NCBI GenBank assembly: GCA_021613535.1
Contig: CP075493.1
Coordinates: 4,650,001-4,714,000, forward strand
Length of the DNA stretch: 64,000 nucleotides
Direction: 5' to 3'
DNA from: Adineta vaga
Taxonomy: Eukaryota > Animalia > Rotifera
Position 1 is the first letter of the stretch; every line of letters starts with the position of its first letter. The notes under the pieces are model-generated. The model saw nothing but the letters and a program-made list of their open reading frames with translations, made no database searches and was not told the DNA's origin. Position numbers and translations under genes: made by a program. Below are positions 36,003-48,259 of this stretch, piece by piece.

Positions 36003-36759
36003 TAATATACTGTTAACGATTGATAAATATTATCGATCCAAGTGACGAAAACGTGTTTTATCTTTGTTGTTATTATGACACATGAAGTGAAACTTATGAT
36101 TCATTAAGAATATTTTAGAGACGAGTAAAATAATACTAATCATGTCAAATTTTACGACGATAGGAAGTATGTATCGATCGATAGAAGAATAGAAACAAGA
36201 AAAACTGATGTTTTTTCTTGTTCTTCAAAACAAAATGTTTCAAATCAGAGAACAAATAGAAATTTCATCATAGTCGAAGAAAGGAATGATCAATAGATGT
36301 CATTATATACAGATTTACACCTAATGCTTTCGTGTTCAGTTTTATAGAATTGAAGAAATGTCGAAGTGACAATGAAATATATAACTCTATGAATTTCAAT
36401 CGTTTGTCTTTGCACAATCATTTCTAAGTATGACTACAATCTTATTCGTTTTTTGTTACGTCCGTTCGCATTGATCAATGTGTAGAAAATTACAAATCTA
36501 GATTTTATTCGATTAATATTAATAAAGAAGAATTTGAATACTTATCAAAGTTATTGCAAACGAATAGGATATGACTATCTACTAACTAATCGATTAATCA
36601 TTATCTGGTGTCATGTAGACAATGACAAATCTCAAACTTAGTGTGCAACATATTACAATACTGTCAGTGACTAATATTTAGCTAATGAATTACAAAACAA
36701 TAGAGTAAGTTAACTTTTTCTAGTCAGGCGGATGAATGTTCGTCATTAAGGTTACCGTT

Positions 36760-37660
36760 ATTAGCATATTCTGACGACTTTGTATCTCGAAGACAATCGA
36801 ATCGACAGTAGCATTTTTGGAAGGTCGAACAAATACATTACAAATCAATAATGTAAGTCATTCATTTTATAACTATTCATCACATACTTTTACCATTTTC
36901 TTTTTCGACATAAACATTAAAACAGTTAGATTTACAATTCAATCGAATTAACTTTGAAGGTGCTAAACATCTTGCCACTTTGTTCGAAGCCAATACAGTA
37001 AGATATTATTTACATTGAATAATACTGTCATTATATGTCTATCCGTTCATTTAATTTTTGTTTACAATTATTATTAACTATAGAAATTTAAAAATCTAAA
37101 TCGTTGGAGAAATCTACTTAACAATCGAGGTGTACAGTATTGAAGGTATGGTTTGCAAACGAATACAGTAAGTAACCTATTCAATTCTTTTATCAATATC
37201 TGTCGTAGGCACTTTCAAATATGAATCTAACAGATAATGAAATTAATCACATTGGTATACAATATCTATTTAATGTATTGAAAAGTAACATAGTATGTCA
37301 ACTTATTGATTGATCTATTGCACTTTGATGCGTATCATCGGCCATAGATTCTGACAAATCTTGCTGATGTATTAAAGTATAATATCTTTCGTTTTCTCAT
37401 ATAATTGTTATTGAATGCAAAAACACTTATAACTTTGAATATTCTGTTGAACCAAATCAATAAGATAGGTGCTCAATATCTAGTCGATACATAACAAAAG
37501 AAAACAGTAAATTGCGCAATATCTAAAAGTTGTCTGATAGAATCATTGCTTTTGTTCGATATAGACACTCAGATCGTTAAATATCCGAGAAAGTGGAACT
37601 GGCAAAGGATACGTACTTTCTTTAAGAAAGATATTCAATACTATACATCTAGAGAAGTGA
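36760..37660 (+). pseudogene. RNI/NLRC3-type leucine-rich repeat pseudogene with 84-nt exons
   Basis: Exons 36914-36997 (TLKQLDLQFNRINFEGAKHLATLFEANT), 37084-37167, 37209-37292 and 37423-37506; in-frame stops and mutated acceptors. Confidence 0.75.
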
Positions 37661-37927
37661 CTGTATAATAATCAATCTCACAGATATTTTTGATTTACAT
37701 ATCAGCTATATAGACTTGTTAGTAAAGTAGTAAAAGCTCGGTTATCAAATACTAATCACAGTATAGTACAGAATAGTCTGACTTTGGCAAGATTTCAACG
37801 AGAGTGAGGGATTCTACTATCGTATTTTTGAAGTTGTAATTGTAGATATGTATTTATTTCGATTACATAGATAAATTTCTATGCTTCCTTCAATTATTTG
37901 CAAAATATATGTTATAGAGCAGTCCCA

Positions 37928-39288
37928 TTAACTTGCCACTGTTACTTCTGCTTCATCTTCAATACGTTCCCACCATGCCCATGTTAGTAAACCTGGTTCA
38001 GCACCAGGATATGATCGATGTGGAGCAATGCATCGAAATTTAATACCATCATACATCACTTCATCACCTTTTTGGTAGTCAAAAAGTTCTGATGACCATG
38101 TTGTTAAACCAAGTGGTGGACGAGATGTCGTTGTAGATGTTGATACTACTGCTCCTTGAGTTGATGATGTTGACCACCATGTCGATGGATTTGCCGACGA
38201 CCAAGTGGATGGATTCGTTGGCCACCATGTCGATGGATTTGTTGACCACCAAGTGGATGGATTTGTTGGCCACCATGTCGATGGATTTGTTGACCACCAA
38301 GTGGATGGATTTGTTGGCCACCATGTTACAGTATTTGGCGATGACCATGACCAATGATTTGATGATGATGATGTTGAAATGGATGACGTAGCAGTACTTG
38401 GTCTAATCGTTGGTCTATATATAATATATATCATAACTCAAAAGACGAAAAAATCGATAAGCATACACTGTAGGTATGATAACCATAGGTGGATCTATTG
38501 GTGAACCATTTGATAAAATAGCAATATCTGAACAGCCCATGAATGTTTCATTTTCTTTTCCAAGACCAGGACCAGATTGACCAGTGGTTGGATCTGTACC
38601 CCAACTATTACCTGCCGTATATTTCCATTGAAAAACACAGTGTTGACAAGCAACATTCGGAGGAAGTTGTACACGAAGTGCAATCATTTCTGACCCATAT
38701 TTATCAACATCACGAAACTTTGTTGAATCTGTATTTGCAATTTTCAATAGATGACGATCAAGACATTCTTGAGAAGCATCTGCTGATGGACTGGCATCCA
38801 AATTACATAGACGAAATTCAAAATAACCTTTATGATTTGCTGTTAACTATAATTCACAAACAGAACTAAAACTTTTACTCTCTATTGACTCATTGAAAAT
38901 TCAACCTACCACTACTTGTACATCGATTTGTTGTCCTTGGGTATATGTTCGAACAATCGTACCTTTATACCTAGCTCCACCTTTTTCAAAATCTTTTACT
39001 GGTTTGTCATAGGCTTCTCCGCAAATACTACATTTCCCACCTAAATTAACTCTTCACAATAGATATATTTGTAGAAAATAAATCATAAAACCAACCATTG
39101 ACATTCCATTGATGTCCTAAACCTCCACAGAACATTTCCATATGTTGAGGCCAAGTACAACATTGTCGAAATGAAGCATCAACGAGCCAAGCTGAACTAC
39201 GAGCGACTGGTTCTAATAAATATCCATGTCCATAAATTGATACTAAACAATAGGAAAATAGAACCGTAAAACCTAATAGTGTGATCAT
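37928..39288 (-). CDS. AA15 lytic polysaccharide monooxygenase with Trp/Thr repeat linker and CBM5/12-like module, multi-exon
   Basis: Signal peptide then His1 (HGYLLEPVARSSAW); ANHKGYFEF; QWKYTAGNSWG; ETFMGCSDI; C-terminal YQKGDEVMYDGIKFRCIAPHRS..EPG..W. Confidence 0.85.
38175..38345 (-). repeat. 24-bp coding repeat WW(P/S)TNPST, about 7 copies
   Basis: direct reading of ORF 37928..38434. Confidence 0.9.
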
Positions 39289-40069
39289 AGTCTTAGATAT
39301 CCGAACAAATATGATTGTTAACCGAATGCAATCGAATTTAAAAGGCAGAGGTGGAAGAAACTAGTCTTTAAGATCAATTTCCAAAACAAAGCATGATTTT
39401 TTATGATTAAAAAATGGTTTTAAGAGATTTACATTGTATGAATATGCTAGCAAATGTAAGGTTTTGAAAACATATCAAATATCAGTTTCATATGATGAAT
39501 ATAAATATGAATCTTTACTGTGCAGAATAAAAGGATACAATCGTATTAATAAAAAAAAACATTTTTATTTATCAAAACGCTCCATATATCGACACAAAGT
39601 CATTGAATTGAAAGGGTTTCTTTTGATGACAACCATTCCTGTTTCATGAAATGTACATAATAGATGCAAGAAAAACAAAATATCAAGTATACTTTAGGTC
39701 ATATTTTGATCATTCGTCATATTTGCACGTGATTCAGATTTACTAGTACGATGATATTTAATAACTAAAAGGAGTATATTCGAGTCTCTAAAAACAATCA
39801 TATTATCAGTGTTATGTAAACAAACGACTGTTGAATATTGAAGACAAGCATTGAAACCTTGTTACAAATGTAAAGGACACATTCTTTTCATTATAAACGA
39901 CATTAGAAATCCATCTTTTTTTTTCTTTATCGAGACGATTCTACAAATCATATTTTTGTTATTGTGTAGACTACAGAACGAAAAATAGTGGCCTTTTATT
40001 TTGTTAGAAGAAAGCTGCTTTGTTATTGTCAAAAAGAAACCAGTATTGACAAAGCAATCGTTAATAACA

Positions 40070-40587
40070 ATGATATTATTGCTGATCTGTTTTCTTGGTA
40101 AACTATTTTAAATCTAACTTTTGTTCTATGATTTATCTATAAAATAGGATTCATTCAATCGGTCACATCGATTCAGTGTTATACATGTAATGAACCGGGA
40201 TTTTTTTGTTCATTACCATTGAATGTCGATGGTGGTGATGATAGTAATGAAAATGATATTAATAATCCACATTATGGCTATGGCTTTGTTTGTCAAGTAA
40301 GATAATTTTGTTGAAGAAAATTTCAATTTTTACTTGCCTTTTATTAGAGCGATCATTATATCGATCTGAGAACGGGTCGAGAGAAATTGATTTTACGTGG
40401 AACAAAACATTGTGAAAATTTAAATATAGTTAATCATCGTACATTTTGTTGTAATACAAATAATTGTAATAAATGGTTACCAAATATGAAAAGACGAGCA
40501 TACATTCCTTCAAATACTCAACGTCATTTATCGTCAATGGTTCTTATCGGATTTTCAATAATTACTCAATATTACCTTTTTATCTAA
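40070..40587 (+). CDS. Ly6/three-finger-like, probably GPI-anchored protein, 3 exons
   Basis: Signal peptide, IQCYTC, CCNTNNCN and hydrophobic C-terminus. Confidence 0.75.
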
Positions 40588-41551
40588 AGATTTAGTCAAA
40601 AACAAGTTGTATTTACATTTTTTTTTCTAAATTTATATTGATTAAAGTTTTGACAATAGAATTTTTACCGAAACGTGTGTTTGTATTCTTTTATAATCAT
40701 GCGGATGTTTGAATTAATTGAAATTTCATAATAAAACAAGATGTTCCTAGTATAGGTTGACATAATATAATTTTCGATATGTAGAATGTGTGAGGGATAC
40801 ATTTGGGAATAATAACATCTGTAAGAAAACTTTGATTTGAAAATCAAAAATTTATCTGTTATCATTGAAGGTTATCATAAATAAAATAAGTCATATCGTT
40901 TGATGTCACTGACTTCGATTTAATACGCATTTCAAATAGTGAAGTCTTAGAAATATCGTTGTTAGTTTTCAGTAGCGACAAGCAAAAAAGAAACATCCGT
41001 AGAACCATTCATTTATACGAAAATCTCTTTTGATGAATGTACCTTGGTATAGATACAGATTCTAAATGACATTTTTCCTGTACAGGTGTTTTATGGATAG
41101 ATTCAATAGAATAGTATTTAACCTTTTTTTTAATGATTTTTAATGGCGTATGAGTGGGTGTTTTTTTCTTCAAAGGAATGAAATTATAGAGGCAATGGTA
41201 TGGCATTAGATTGGACATGTTAATTCCATCATACTCATAAGTAGATTTCTATAGAAACGAAAAAAACATAAAGATCTCACAAACAGGTATTGAAAAAGAA
41301 GTCGTTGAGTAACAGTTTTGTTATTTATTGTGTTGCAAGAAATATTAGTTACATAAAATTCGATGTATAACAAACGATGGCAATTTTATAACTTATCTCC
41401 AACAAGTGTTATGCTTTATAAAGAAAAAGTAATTAATCTAAACTAGTCGTCAAACGATTTGAATGGAAAAAAACAGAAGTAGCTTCATGTGTCTTGAAGT
41501 TGGAATCATCTTCTCTTTCATTGATAGGTCGATTACATCACATATCATATA

Positions 41552-44500
41552 CTATAGATCTTTAACATAAATACAGTTTGAGACAGCACTGTCTGCATCG
41601 GAAGCTTGTGCAAGATATGTATCTGAAAATGTTGATCGACTAATTGTAACATTTCCTTTTATAACTGTTGTTTCATGACCATTATATTCAACGTATATCA
41701 ATAGTTGAATATCTTGAAAAACATTACCAATCTCGTTTGAAGTGTAGTCTAATGCAAAATTAACCGTAGCATTCACAGTTACAGATGACATTTGCTTCAT
41801 GGACGTTTCTCGTCGTCGTCTTGTAATTGGACTTACATCGGCTGATATTGTCGAAACAATAACATTCAATAACGTACTCGGAAAGTATATAAAAAATAGA
41901 TCAAATATAGTATCGGCTGTTGCTGAAGTATTATAACTATATCCAGACCAATAGTCTGTAGTGTCAAATGTCACATATAAAGAAAAATCAGCTTTGAATA
42001 CTAAGCGAACTGAGGCATTTCGTGGTGTTGATGGAGATGAATTTTCTTCATCGTTCGAACTTGAAGTAACTATTATATTATTACAAGTTGAATTCAGGCA
42101 TATAACGTAATTCTTTTCCTTAACAGAATTATCTGGAGTAGGATTACTTTGAAAATTCGAAAATTCATCAAGAAAAGTGCTTAACCTTGAACTCTCCTGA
42201 TCATCAGACGTTACGAGAGATATAGAAGGTGTATAATTTTGAAAAACACTCCTCACTTTGTCAACTGTAATATTTTGCTTCAAATAAAGCCGACCATCAA
42301 TCACTATCTTCAATCTTCGATCCCATCCAAGAGGCGCACGATCCGTCACTTTTTCAACATGTGTTTCTACCTCTTCATTTGCATAAGCGTTTCTCTTCCT
42401 CCGTTTCGAAGGCTTGGTTACCACTGAATCACTCTCAGTCGATACGTTTAACATCACATATGTAAGAAAATATTCATTTAAATAACTTGTCATTTGTGAA
42501 TAATGAGTTGAAAATAAATATGCGCGTTCAGCAGAACGGTTATAAAATTCTAATAACTCGCTATCCAACATCATTCGTTGTAACACTATGCTAATATTCA
42601 TGGAAATCAACGGTTCACATGATGTGCCCGTAACTTGAGTCGACGTTGAAACGACTGCTGTGGTATCGCTACTACCATATGAACCCTTTTCTGTTGATTC
42701 CGTAGTGTGATTATTTTTACTTGGGTCTTCTGTCATCGGTATATCGGTGATAGTAGTATATGGAACTGTAGGTAAATCAGTGGTAGTCGTATATGGAACT
42801 GTAGGTAAATCGGTGGTAGTCGTATATGGAGCTGTAGGCTCATCCGTGATGGCTGTATATGTTGCTGTAGGTTCATCAGTGATAATCGTATATATTGCTG
42901 CAGGTTCAACGGTGATGGTCGTATATGGAACTGTAGGTAAATCGGTGGTAGTCGTATATGGAGCTGTAGGCTCATCAGTGATAATCGTATATGTTGCTGC
43001 AGGTTCATTGGTGATGGTCGTATATGGAACTGTAGGTTCATCGGTGATGGTCGTATATGTTGCTGCAGGTTCATTGGTGATGGTCGTATATGGAACTGTA
43101 GGTAAATCGGTGGTAGTCGTATATGGAGCTGTAGGCTCATCCGTGATGGCTGTATATGTTGCTGTAGGTTCATCGGTGATGGTCGTATATATTGCTGCAG
43201 GTTCATTGGTGATGGTCGTATATGGAACTGTAGGTAAATCGGTGGTAGTCGTATATGGAGCTGTAGGCTCATCCGTGATGGCTGTATATGTTGCTGTAGG
43301 TTCATCGGTGATGGTCGTATATATTGCTGCAGGTTCAACGGTGATGGTCGTATATGGAACTGTAGGTAAATCGGTGGTAGTCGTATATGGAGCTGTAGGC
43401 TCATCCGTGATGGCTGTATATGTTGCTGTAGGTTCATCGGTGATGGTCGTATATATTGCTGCAGGTTCAACGGTGATGGTCGTATATGGAACTGTAGGTA
43501 AATCGGTGGTAGTCGTATATGGAGCTGTAGGCTCATCCGTGATGGCTGTATATGTTGCTGTAGGTTCATCGGTGATGGTCGTATATATTGCTGCAGGTTC
43601 AACGGTGATGGTCGTATATGGAACTGTAGGTAAATCGGTGGTAGTCGTATATGGAGCTGTAGGCTCATCCGTGATGGCTGTATATGTTGCTGTAGGTTCA
43701 TCAGTGATAATCGTATATATTGCTGCAGGTTCAACGGTGATGGTCGTATATGGAACTGTAGGTAAATCGGTGGTAGTCGTATATGGAGCTGTAGGCTCAT
43801 CAGTGATAATCGTATATATTGCTGCAGGTTCATTGGTGATGGTCGTATATGGAACTGTAGGTTCATCGGTGATGGTCGTATATGTTGCTGCAGGTTCATT
43901 GGTGATGGTCGTATATGGAACTGTAGGTAAATCGGTGGTAGTCGTATATGGAGCTGTAGGCTCATCCGTGATGGCTGTATATGTTGCTGTAGGTTCATCG
44001 GTGATGGTCGTATATATTGCTGCAGGTTCATTGGTGATGGTCGTATATGGAACTGTAGGTAAATCGGTGGTAGTCGTATATGGAGCTGTAGGCTCATCCG
44101 TGATGGCTGTATATGTTGCTGTAGGTTCATCGGTGATGGTCGTATATATTGCTGCAGGTTCAACGGTGATGGTCGTATATGGAACTGTAGGTAAATCGGT
44201 GGTAGTCGTATATGGAGCTGTAGGCTCATCCGTGATGGCTGTATATGTTGCTGTAGGTTCATCGGTGATGGTCGTATATATTGCTGCAGGTTCAACGGTG
44301 ATGGTCGTATATGGAACTGTAGGTAAATCGGTGGTAGTCGTATATGGAGCTGTAGGCTCATCCGTGATGGCTGTATATGTTGCTGTAGGTTCATCAGTGA
44401 TAATCGTATATATTGCTGCAGGTTCAACGGTGATGGTCGTATATGGAACTGTAGGTAAATCGGTGGTAGTCGTATATGGAGCTGTAGGCTCATCAGTGAT

Positions 44501-45673
44501 AATCGTATATATTGCTGCAGGTTCATCCGTGATGGTCGTATATGGAACTGTAGGTAAATCGGTGGTAGTCGTATATGGAGCTGTAGGCTCATCAGTGATA
44601 ATCGTATATGTTGCTGCAGGTTCATTGGTGCTGTTTGTATATGGAACTGTAGGTTCATCGGTGATGGTCGTATATGGAACTGTAGGTAAATCAGTGATAG
44701 TCGGATATCCAGTTGCAGGTGTATAGGTACTATATGGAGATCTAGTTGCAAGTGTATAGGTACTATTCGGATATCCAGTTACTGTGACATTGATATTTGT
44801 TCCATTGTTTGGTATGGTTGTATTTAGGAAAACTGAATGATCATTAGGTGTCGTATTGGTGCTATTTGAAGATTCCATTGCTGTTGTACTGTGATTGCCC
44901 GTATTGTTCGAAACTGTTACCGTGACGGTAAATGGGTGTTCAGTTGTTCTTTCAACTTTATCTTTATTGGTAGAAGAATTTGATAGAAAAGTTGTGCCTG
45001 TGGTTGCTAATGTACTTTCGGGATTAGTCGGATGTAGCGGTAGTAGATTCAAAATAGTGTCCTTTGGTGTCATCTGATCATCATCAGGATCTACTGTAAT
45101 AGAAGAAAGCCGTTTGACTTTTTTTTCTGTAAGTTTGTCCGGTCGTGTATCGGTGGCAAAAGAGTAAAGCTCAGATAATGTTGCCAATTTTGAACTGGGT
45201 TTACCATCTTTGGTAAGAAGAGTTACATTTCTTGTATAATTTTTTAGTACAGATAGAATCTCTTCTTTCGTATGATGTTCTTTAAAATAGATGGTTCCTT
45301 CGACAGCAACAATTGATGGACGTTCGGTATCACGCTTTTTTTTCGTTGAAAGCACAACAGGTCTATGAGTGAACTTTAAAATAATCAACTTGATGAATGA
45401 TGGTGATAAAAATGATTGTCGAAAATGTTCGTTAAGACTTTCGATAAGATCAATTAATGTTCCCGGTTTACTATAAAACCGATCCCATTCATTTTCAGCA
45501 ATAAGACGATCAAGCGCTACACGTATCTCTCCTAATTCGACTTCTTGATCGGGAGGGATATTAACAACTATAATAATAACTGCAATAGTTGCTGCAGTCA
45601 CACTAGCTATAGTTCCGACAATAATCCCTATCGAAAGTATTCGAATACCTACGAACGGATCAAATAAGACCAT
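41552..45673 (-). CDS. Type II membrane mucin-like protein with 11-aa Thr/Pro/Tyr repeats and SEA-like domains
   Basis: 1373-aa single ORF; N-terminal TM; about 60 repeats such as DEPTAPYTTTT; KKKR, RRKR and RRRR sites. Confidence 0.8.
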   Translation of the reverse strand: MVLFDPFVGIRILSIGIIVGTIASVTAATIAVIIIVVNIPPDQEVELGEIRVALDRLIAENEWDRFYSKPGTLIDLIESLNEHFRQSFLSPSFIKLIILKFTHRPVVLSTKKKRDTERPSIVAVEGTIYFKEHHTKEEILSVLKNYTRNVTLLTKDGKPSSKLATLSELYSFATDTRPDKLTEKKVKRLSSITVDPDDDQMTPKDTILNLLPLHPTNPESTLATTGTTFLSNSSTNKDKVERTTEHPFTVTVTVSNNTGNHSTTAMESSNSTNTTPNDHSVFLNTTIPNNGTNINVTVTGYPNSTYTLATRSPYSTYTPATGYPTITDLPTVPYTTITDEPTVPYTNSTNEPAATYTIITDEPTAPYTTTTDLPTVPYTTITDEPAAIYTIITDEPTAPYTTTTDLPTVPYTTITVEPAAIYTIITDEPTATYTAITDEPTAPYTTTTDLPTVPYTTITVEPAAIYTTITDEPTATYTAITDEPTAPYTTTTDLPTVPYTTITVEPAAIYTTITDEPTATYTAITDEPTAPYTTTTDLPTVPYTTITNEPAAIYTTITDEPTATYTAITDEPTAPYTTTTDLPTVPYTTITNEPAATYTTITDEPTVPYTTITNEPAAIYTIITDEPTAPYTTTTDLPTVPYTTITVEPAAIYTIITDEPTATYTAITDEPTAPYTTTTDLPTVPYTTITVEPAAIYTTITDEPTATYTAITDEPTAPYTTTTDLPTVPYTTITVEPAAIYTTITDEPTATYTAITDEPTAPYTTTTDLPTVPYTTITVEPAAIYTTITDEPTATYTAITDEPTAPYTTTTDLPTVPYTTITNEPAAIYTTITDEPTATYTAITDEPTAPYTTTTDLPTVPYTTITNEPAATYTTITDEPTVPYTTITNEPAATYTIITDEPTAPYTTTTDLPTVPYTTITVEPAAIYTIITDEPTATYTAITDEPTAPYTTTTDLPTVPYTTTTDLPTVPYTTITDIPMTEDPSKNNHTTESTEKGSYGSSDTTAVVSTSTQVTGTSCEPLISMNISIVLQRMMLDSELLEFYNRSAERAYLFSTHYSQMTSYLNEYFLTYVMLNVSTESDSVVTKPSKRRKRNAYANEEVETHVEKVTDRAPLGWDRRLKIVIDGRLYLKQNITVDKVRSVFQNYTPSISLVTSDDQESSRLSTFLDEFSNFQSNPTPDNSVKEKNYVICLNSTCNNIIVTSSSNDEENSSPSTPRNASVRLVFKADFSLYVTFDTTDYWSGYSYNTSATADTIFDLFFIYFPSTLLNVIVSTISADVSPITRRRRETSMKQMSSVTVNATVNFALDYTSNEIGNVFQDIQLLIYVEYNGHETTVIKGNVTISRSTFSDTYLAQASDADSAVSNCIYVKDL
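42745..44770. repeat. 33-bp minisatellite with 132-bp higher-order units
   Basis: gtcgtatatggaactgtagg-like unit every 33 bp; 4-unit cycle recurs. Confidence 0.95.
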
Positions 45674-46457
45674 ACCTTGATTGCTTATTATGAATATGTG
45701 ATGACAAAGGATTAAATATTCATAACTTAATATATCGAAAATCTACCTGTAGACGAAAACTGATTTAATCTAAGTACAACCATTCAATAGTATCAATTTG
45801 ACAGGCATGATTTTCGCATAGTGTCAGGTATAGAATGTTTTTTTCACTGATCGTTTCTATTTAAATTCACATAAATTAGAAAATATTATCAAAGAATTTC
45901 TAGTTAATTACAAAATCAATTGTAACTTAGAAACCTATAGGATGTATCTCAACATTTATATTAAAAATTTTTACAATCGAATATAATATATTATTATTAT
46001 TTGAGATAGAGCTATTCGAGCATAAACATTAAGAAAAAAGTCGGAAGAAGGTGTCTAAACCAATATGATTACAAAGTTTGTTTTCTTAAGCAAAGCAATA
46101 GAAAAGTATATCTATCAAAAGCATAGGCTTAATGTCATACGTCTGGTTTTTCTTTCAGACAACGATCAAACGATGATTACTCATCTAAGATATACTGATT
46201 GAGTGCGTGATCAAATCTTTTGTTTCAACCAATTGTATCTCTGTGATGAAACAAAAAATCTATCTAAAAATCGTAAAATATTATAAATATAGATTTTTAT
46301 CGAAAGTATGGCAATGATTCATAGATATGAACATCATTTTCAGCGAGTGAAATAAGGTACTATCCTTCTTTTTCGGTATTAGTCATGCATCTCGTATGAC
46401 ATCTGGAAAGCAAAAGTCAATTTTACATATCCTCTATTATATTCTTGACATTCAATT

Positions 46458-47144
46458 ATGAGTACGAGTAATAATAGTACGTTAACTTCTTCTGGTTATG
46501 AATATATGAATGAAAATGAAATTGATATTGAACTTAAATGTGTGATTTGCAAACAACCATTTCAAATACCTGTTAGTCTTCGCCGATGTCATCACACATT
46601 TTGTAAAGATTGTATTCAAACATGGTTCACTCGAAGTCATACATGTCCGATTTGTCGACAATATGCAATAAATCATGTTAGACAGAATCATCGATTAGTT
46701 TTAACATCTCCATTCGTTTCGATTAATACACAAGTAGTACTCGATCAATTGGATCATCTTCTTATTCGATGTTTACTTTGTAATGAAATCAATATTCAAC
46801 GATGTCATTGGCAAAATCATCAGAAACATTGTACAAAAAAGTCAATTCAGTGTCCAGCAGCTGATATAAAATGTCAATGGATAGGATCACAAGATGCTTT
46901 ATTAATTCATTTGAATACATGTGCATTTTATCAAGTTCGACCACTTATCGACGAACTTAAAAAGGAATTAACGTCCGCTCAACTAATTCAAAATGAATTG
47001 AAGAAATCTGTTCATATTTTAGAGAAAAAAGTAGAATTTCTTTTTCAATTCATTAATAATGGAAAATTAATGATACAATATTGTACAAAATCAGAGAATG
47101 AATGTCAATATACAGGTACAAATGATTCGAATCGTTCTCTTTAA
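46458..47144 (+). CDS. RING finger + TRAF-type zinc finger protein
   Basis: CVICKQPF..CHHTFCKDC..CPICR; CPAADIKCQWIG..HLNTC; coiled coil. Confidence 0.85.
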   Translation: MSTSNNSTLTSSGYEYMNENEIDIELKCVICKQPFQIPVSLRRCHHTFCKDCIQTWFTRSHTCPICRQYAINHVRQNHRLVLTSPFVSINTQVVLDQLDHLLIRCLLCNEINIQRCHWQNHQKHCTKKSIQCPAADIKCQWIGSQDALLIHLNTCAFYQVRPLIDELKKELTSAQLIQNELKKSVHILEKKVEFLFQFINNGKLMIQYCTKSENECQYTGTNDSNRSL

Positions 47145-48259
47145 TTTCTTTGTAGTATTTGTAATTAATATGTTTGACGTGTTCAAATTCAATTACATGT
47201 TTTTTCATTTGAAATAAAAAGTGTCTTCTAATTAAAATATTGGTCTCTAAATGCATTACGTATGAGATAAAACAAAGAGAAAATATGTGTTACATAAAAT
47301 TGTACTAAAGATGATTCATCAAAATAGAATGTATTAAAGCGGAAGAAAGATGTTTACTGTCATTATTTGATTCGCTTGAGATAAAGCAAATAATCAACTT
47401 ATATCATCGTCATGTCATATGAAGCTAAAAAAGATGAGTCATAAAAGTTAATCGTGTGTAATTTTATCAGTTCAGAAAATCTTTATCGTTTCATATGACT
47501 GACATTGACAAGTCTATGAAAAGAAAGATTAGAAATGATTATCGTGTATGCATTCATATTATTCTTTTGAGTTTTCATTGAAATAAAGAACGAACACATT
47601 TAATACCAAACTTCTTATTTTGAGTAATGGAATAGAATAAGTATATAATGATAAAAGGGTGGGTGTAACATTTAATTCAAAGTGATAACACAAATGTTGA
47701 TATTTCTAAAGTAACGACGGCCTTACAGATAGTAATAAAACAAGAAAAGAAAAGTAATAGTGGTAGCATTCGTTCAAAAGTCTCACATTAAAAATTGAAA
47801 AGAAATGATTAAAATTTCTTTAACACAGTTAAAGATATAGCAAACAGTATATGCCAATAGGTTATGTTCATATTACTAGCCGAATTATCTCGAACAGTTG
47901 TAGCAATGGTGGTAGTTGATGTAATGATTCTTGTTGAAGTATTGTGAATATGTGTTGTATTGTTCACTGATGACAAAGTTGATGATGGAATTTTTCATGT
48001 TATTCGACATTGAACAAGTATGAATAATGTAATAAAAAGATAAAGACGCAAACGAGATGTTGATACTTTCATCATATTCTTTGAAATGAAAAGAAAATGC
48101 TAGGAACAATTTTTGATGATCTTACCTTTATCAATCATTCAAAGGTTATGATGTGAAATGGCAACTAATGTAAAGACATTCAGTTTGTTTATATTTATAG
48201 TTAAAAGGAAGTTTTTATTGCGAGAATAGATATTTATAAAAAAAAAGAGATAATACTAT

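Noticed and set aside
37725-37822. Degenerate MITE-like ends
   Set aside because: Inverted match too weak to support
42733-44751. Long alternative-frame ORFs (672 aa minus, 659 aa plus) over the mucin repeat
   Set aside because: They are confined to the 33-bp repeat, which lacks stops in those frames; shadow ORFs
42745-44770. CRISPR-like periodicity
   Set aside because: Contiguous coding tandem repeat with no unique spacers, no cas genes, eukaryotic context
47620-48110. Hydrophobic minus-strand fragments resembling a decayed membrane protein
   Set aside because: Multiple stops and no recognisable motif
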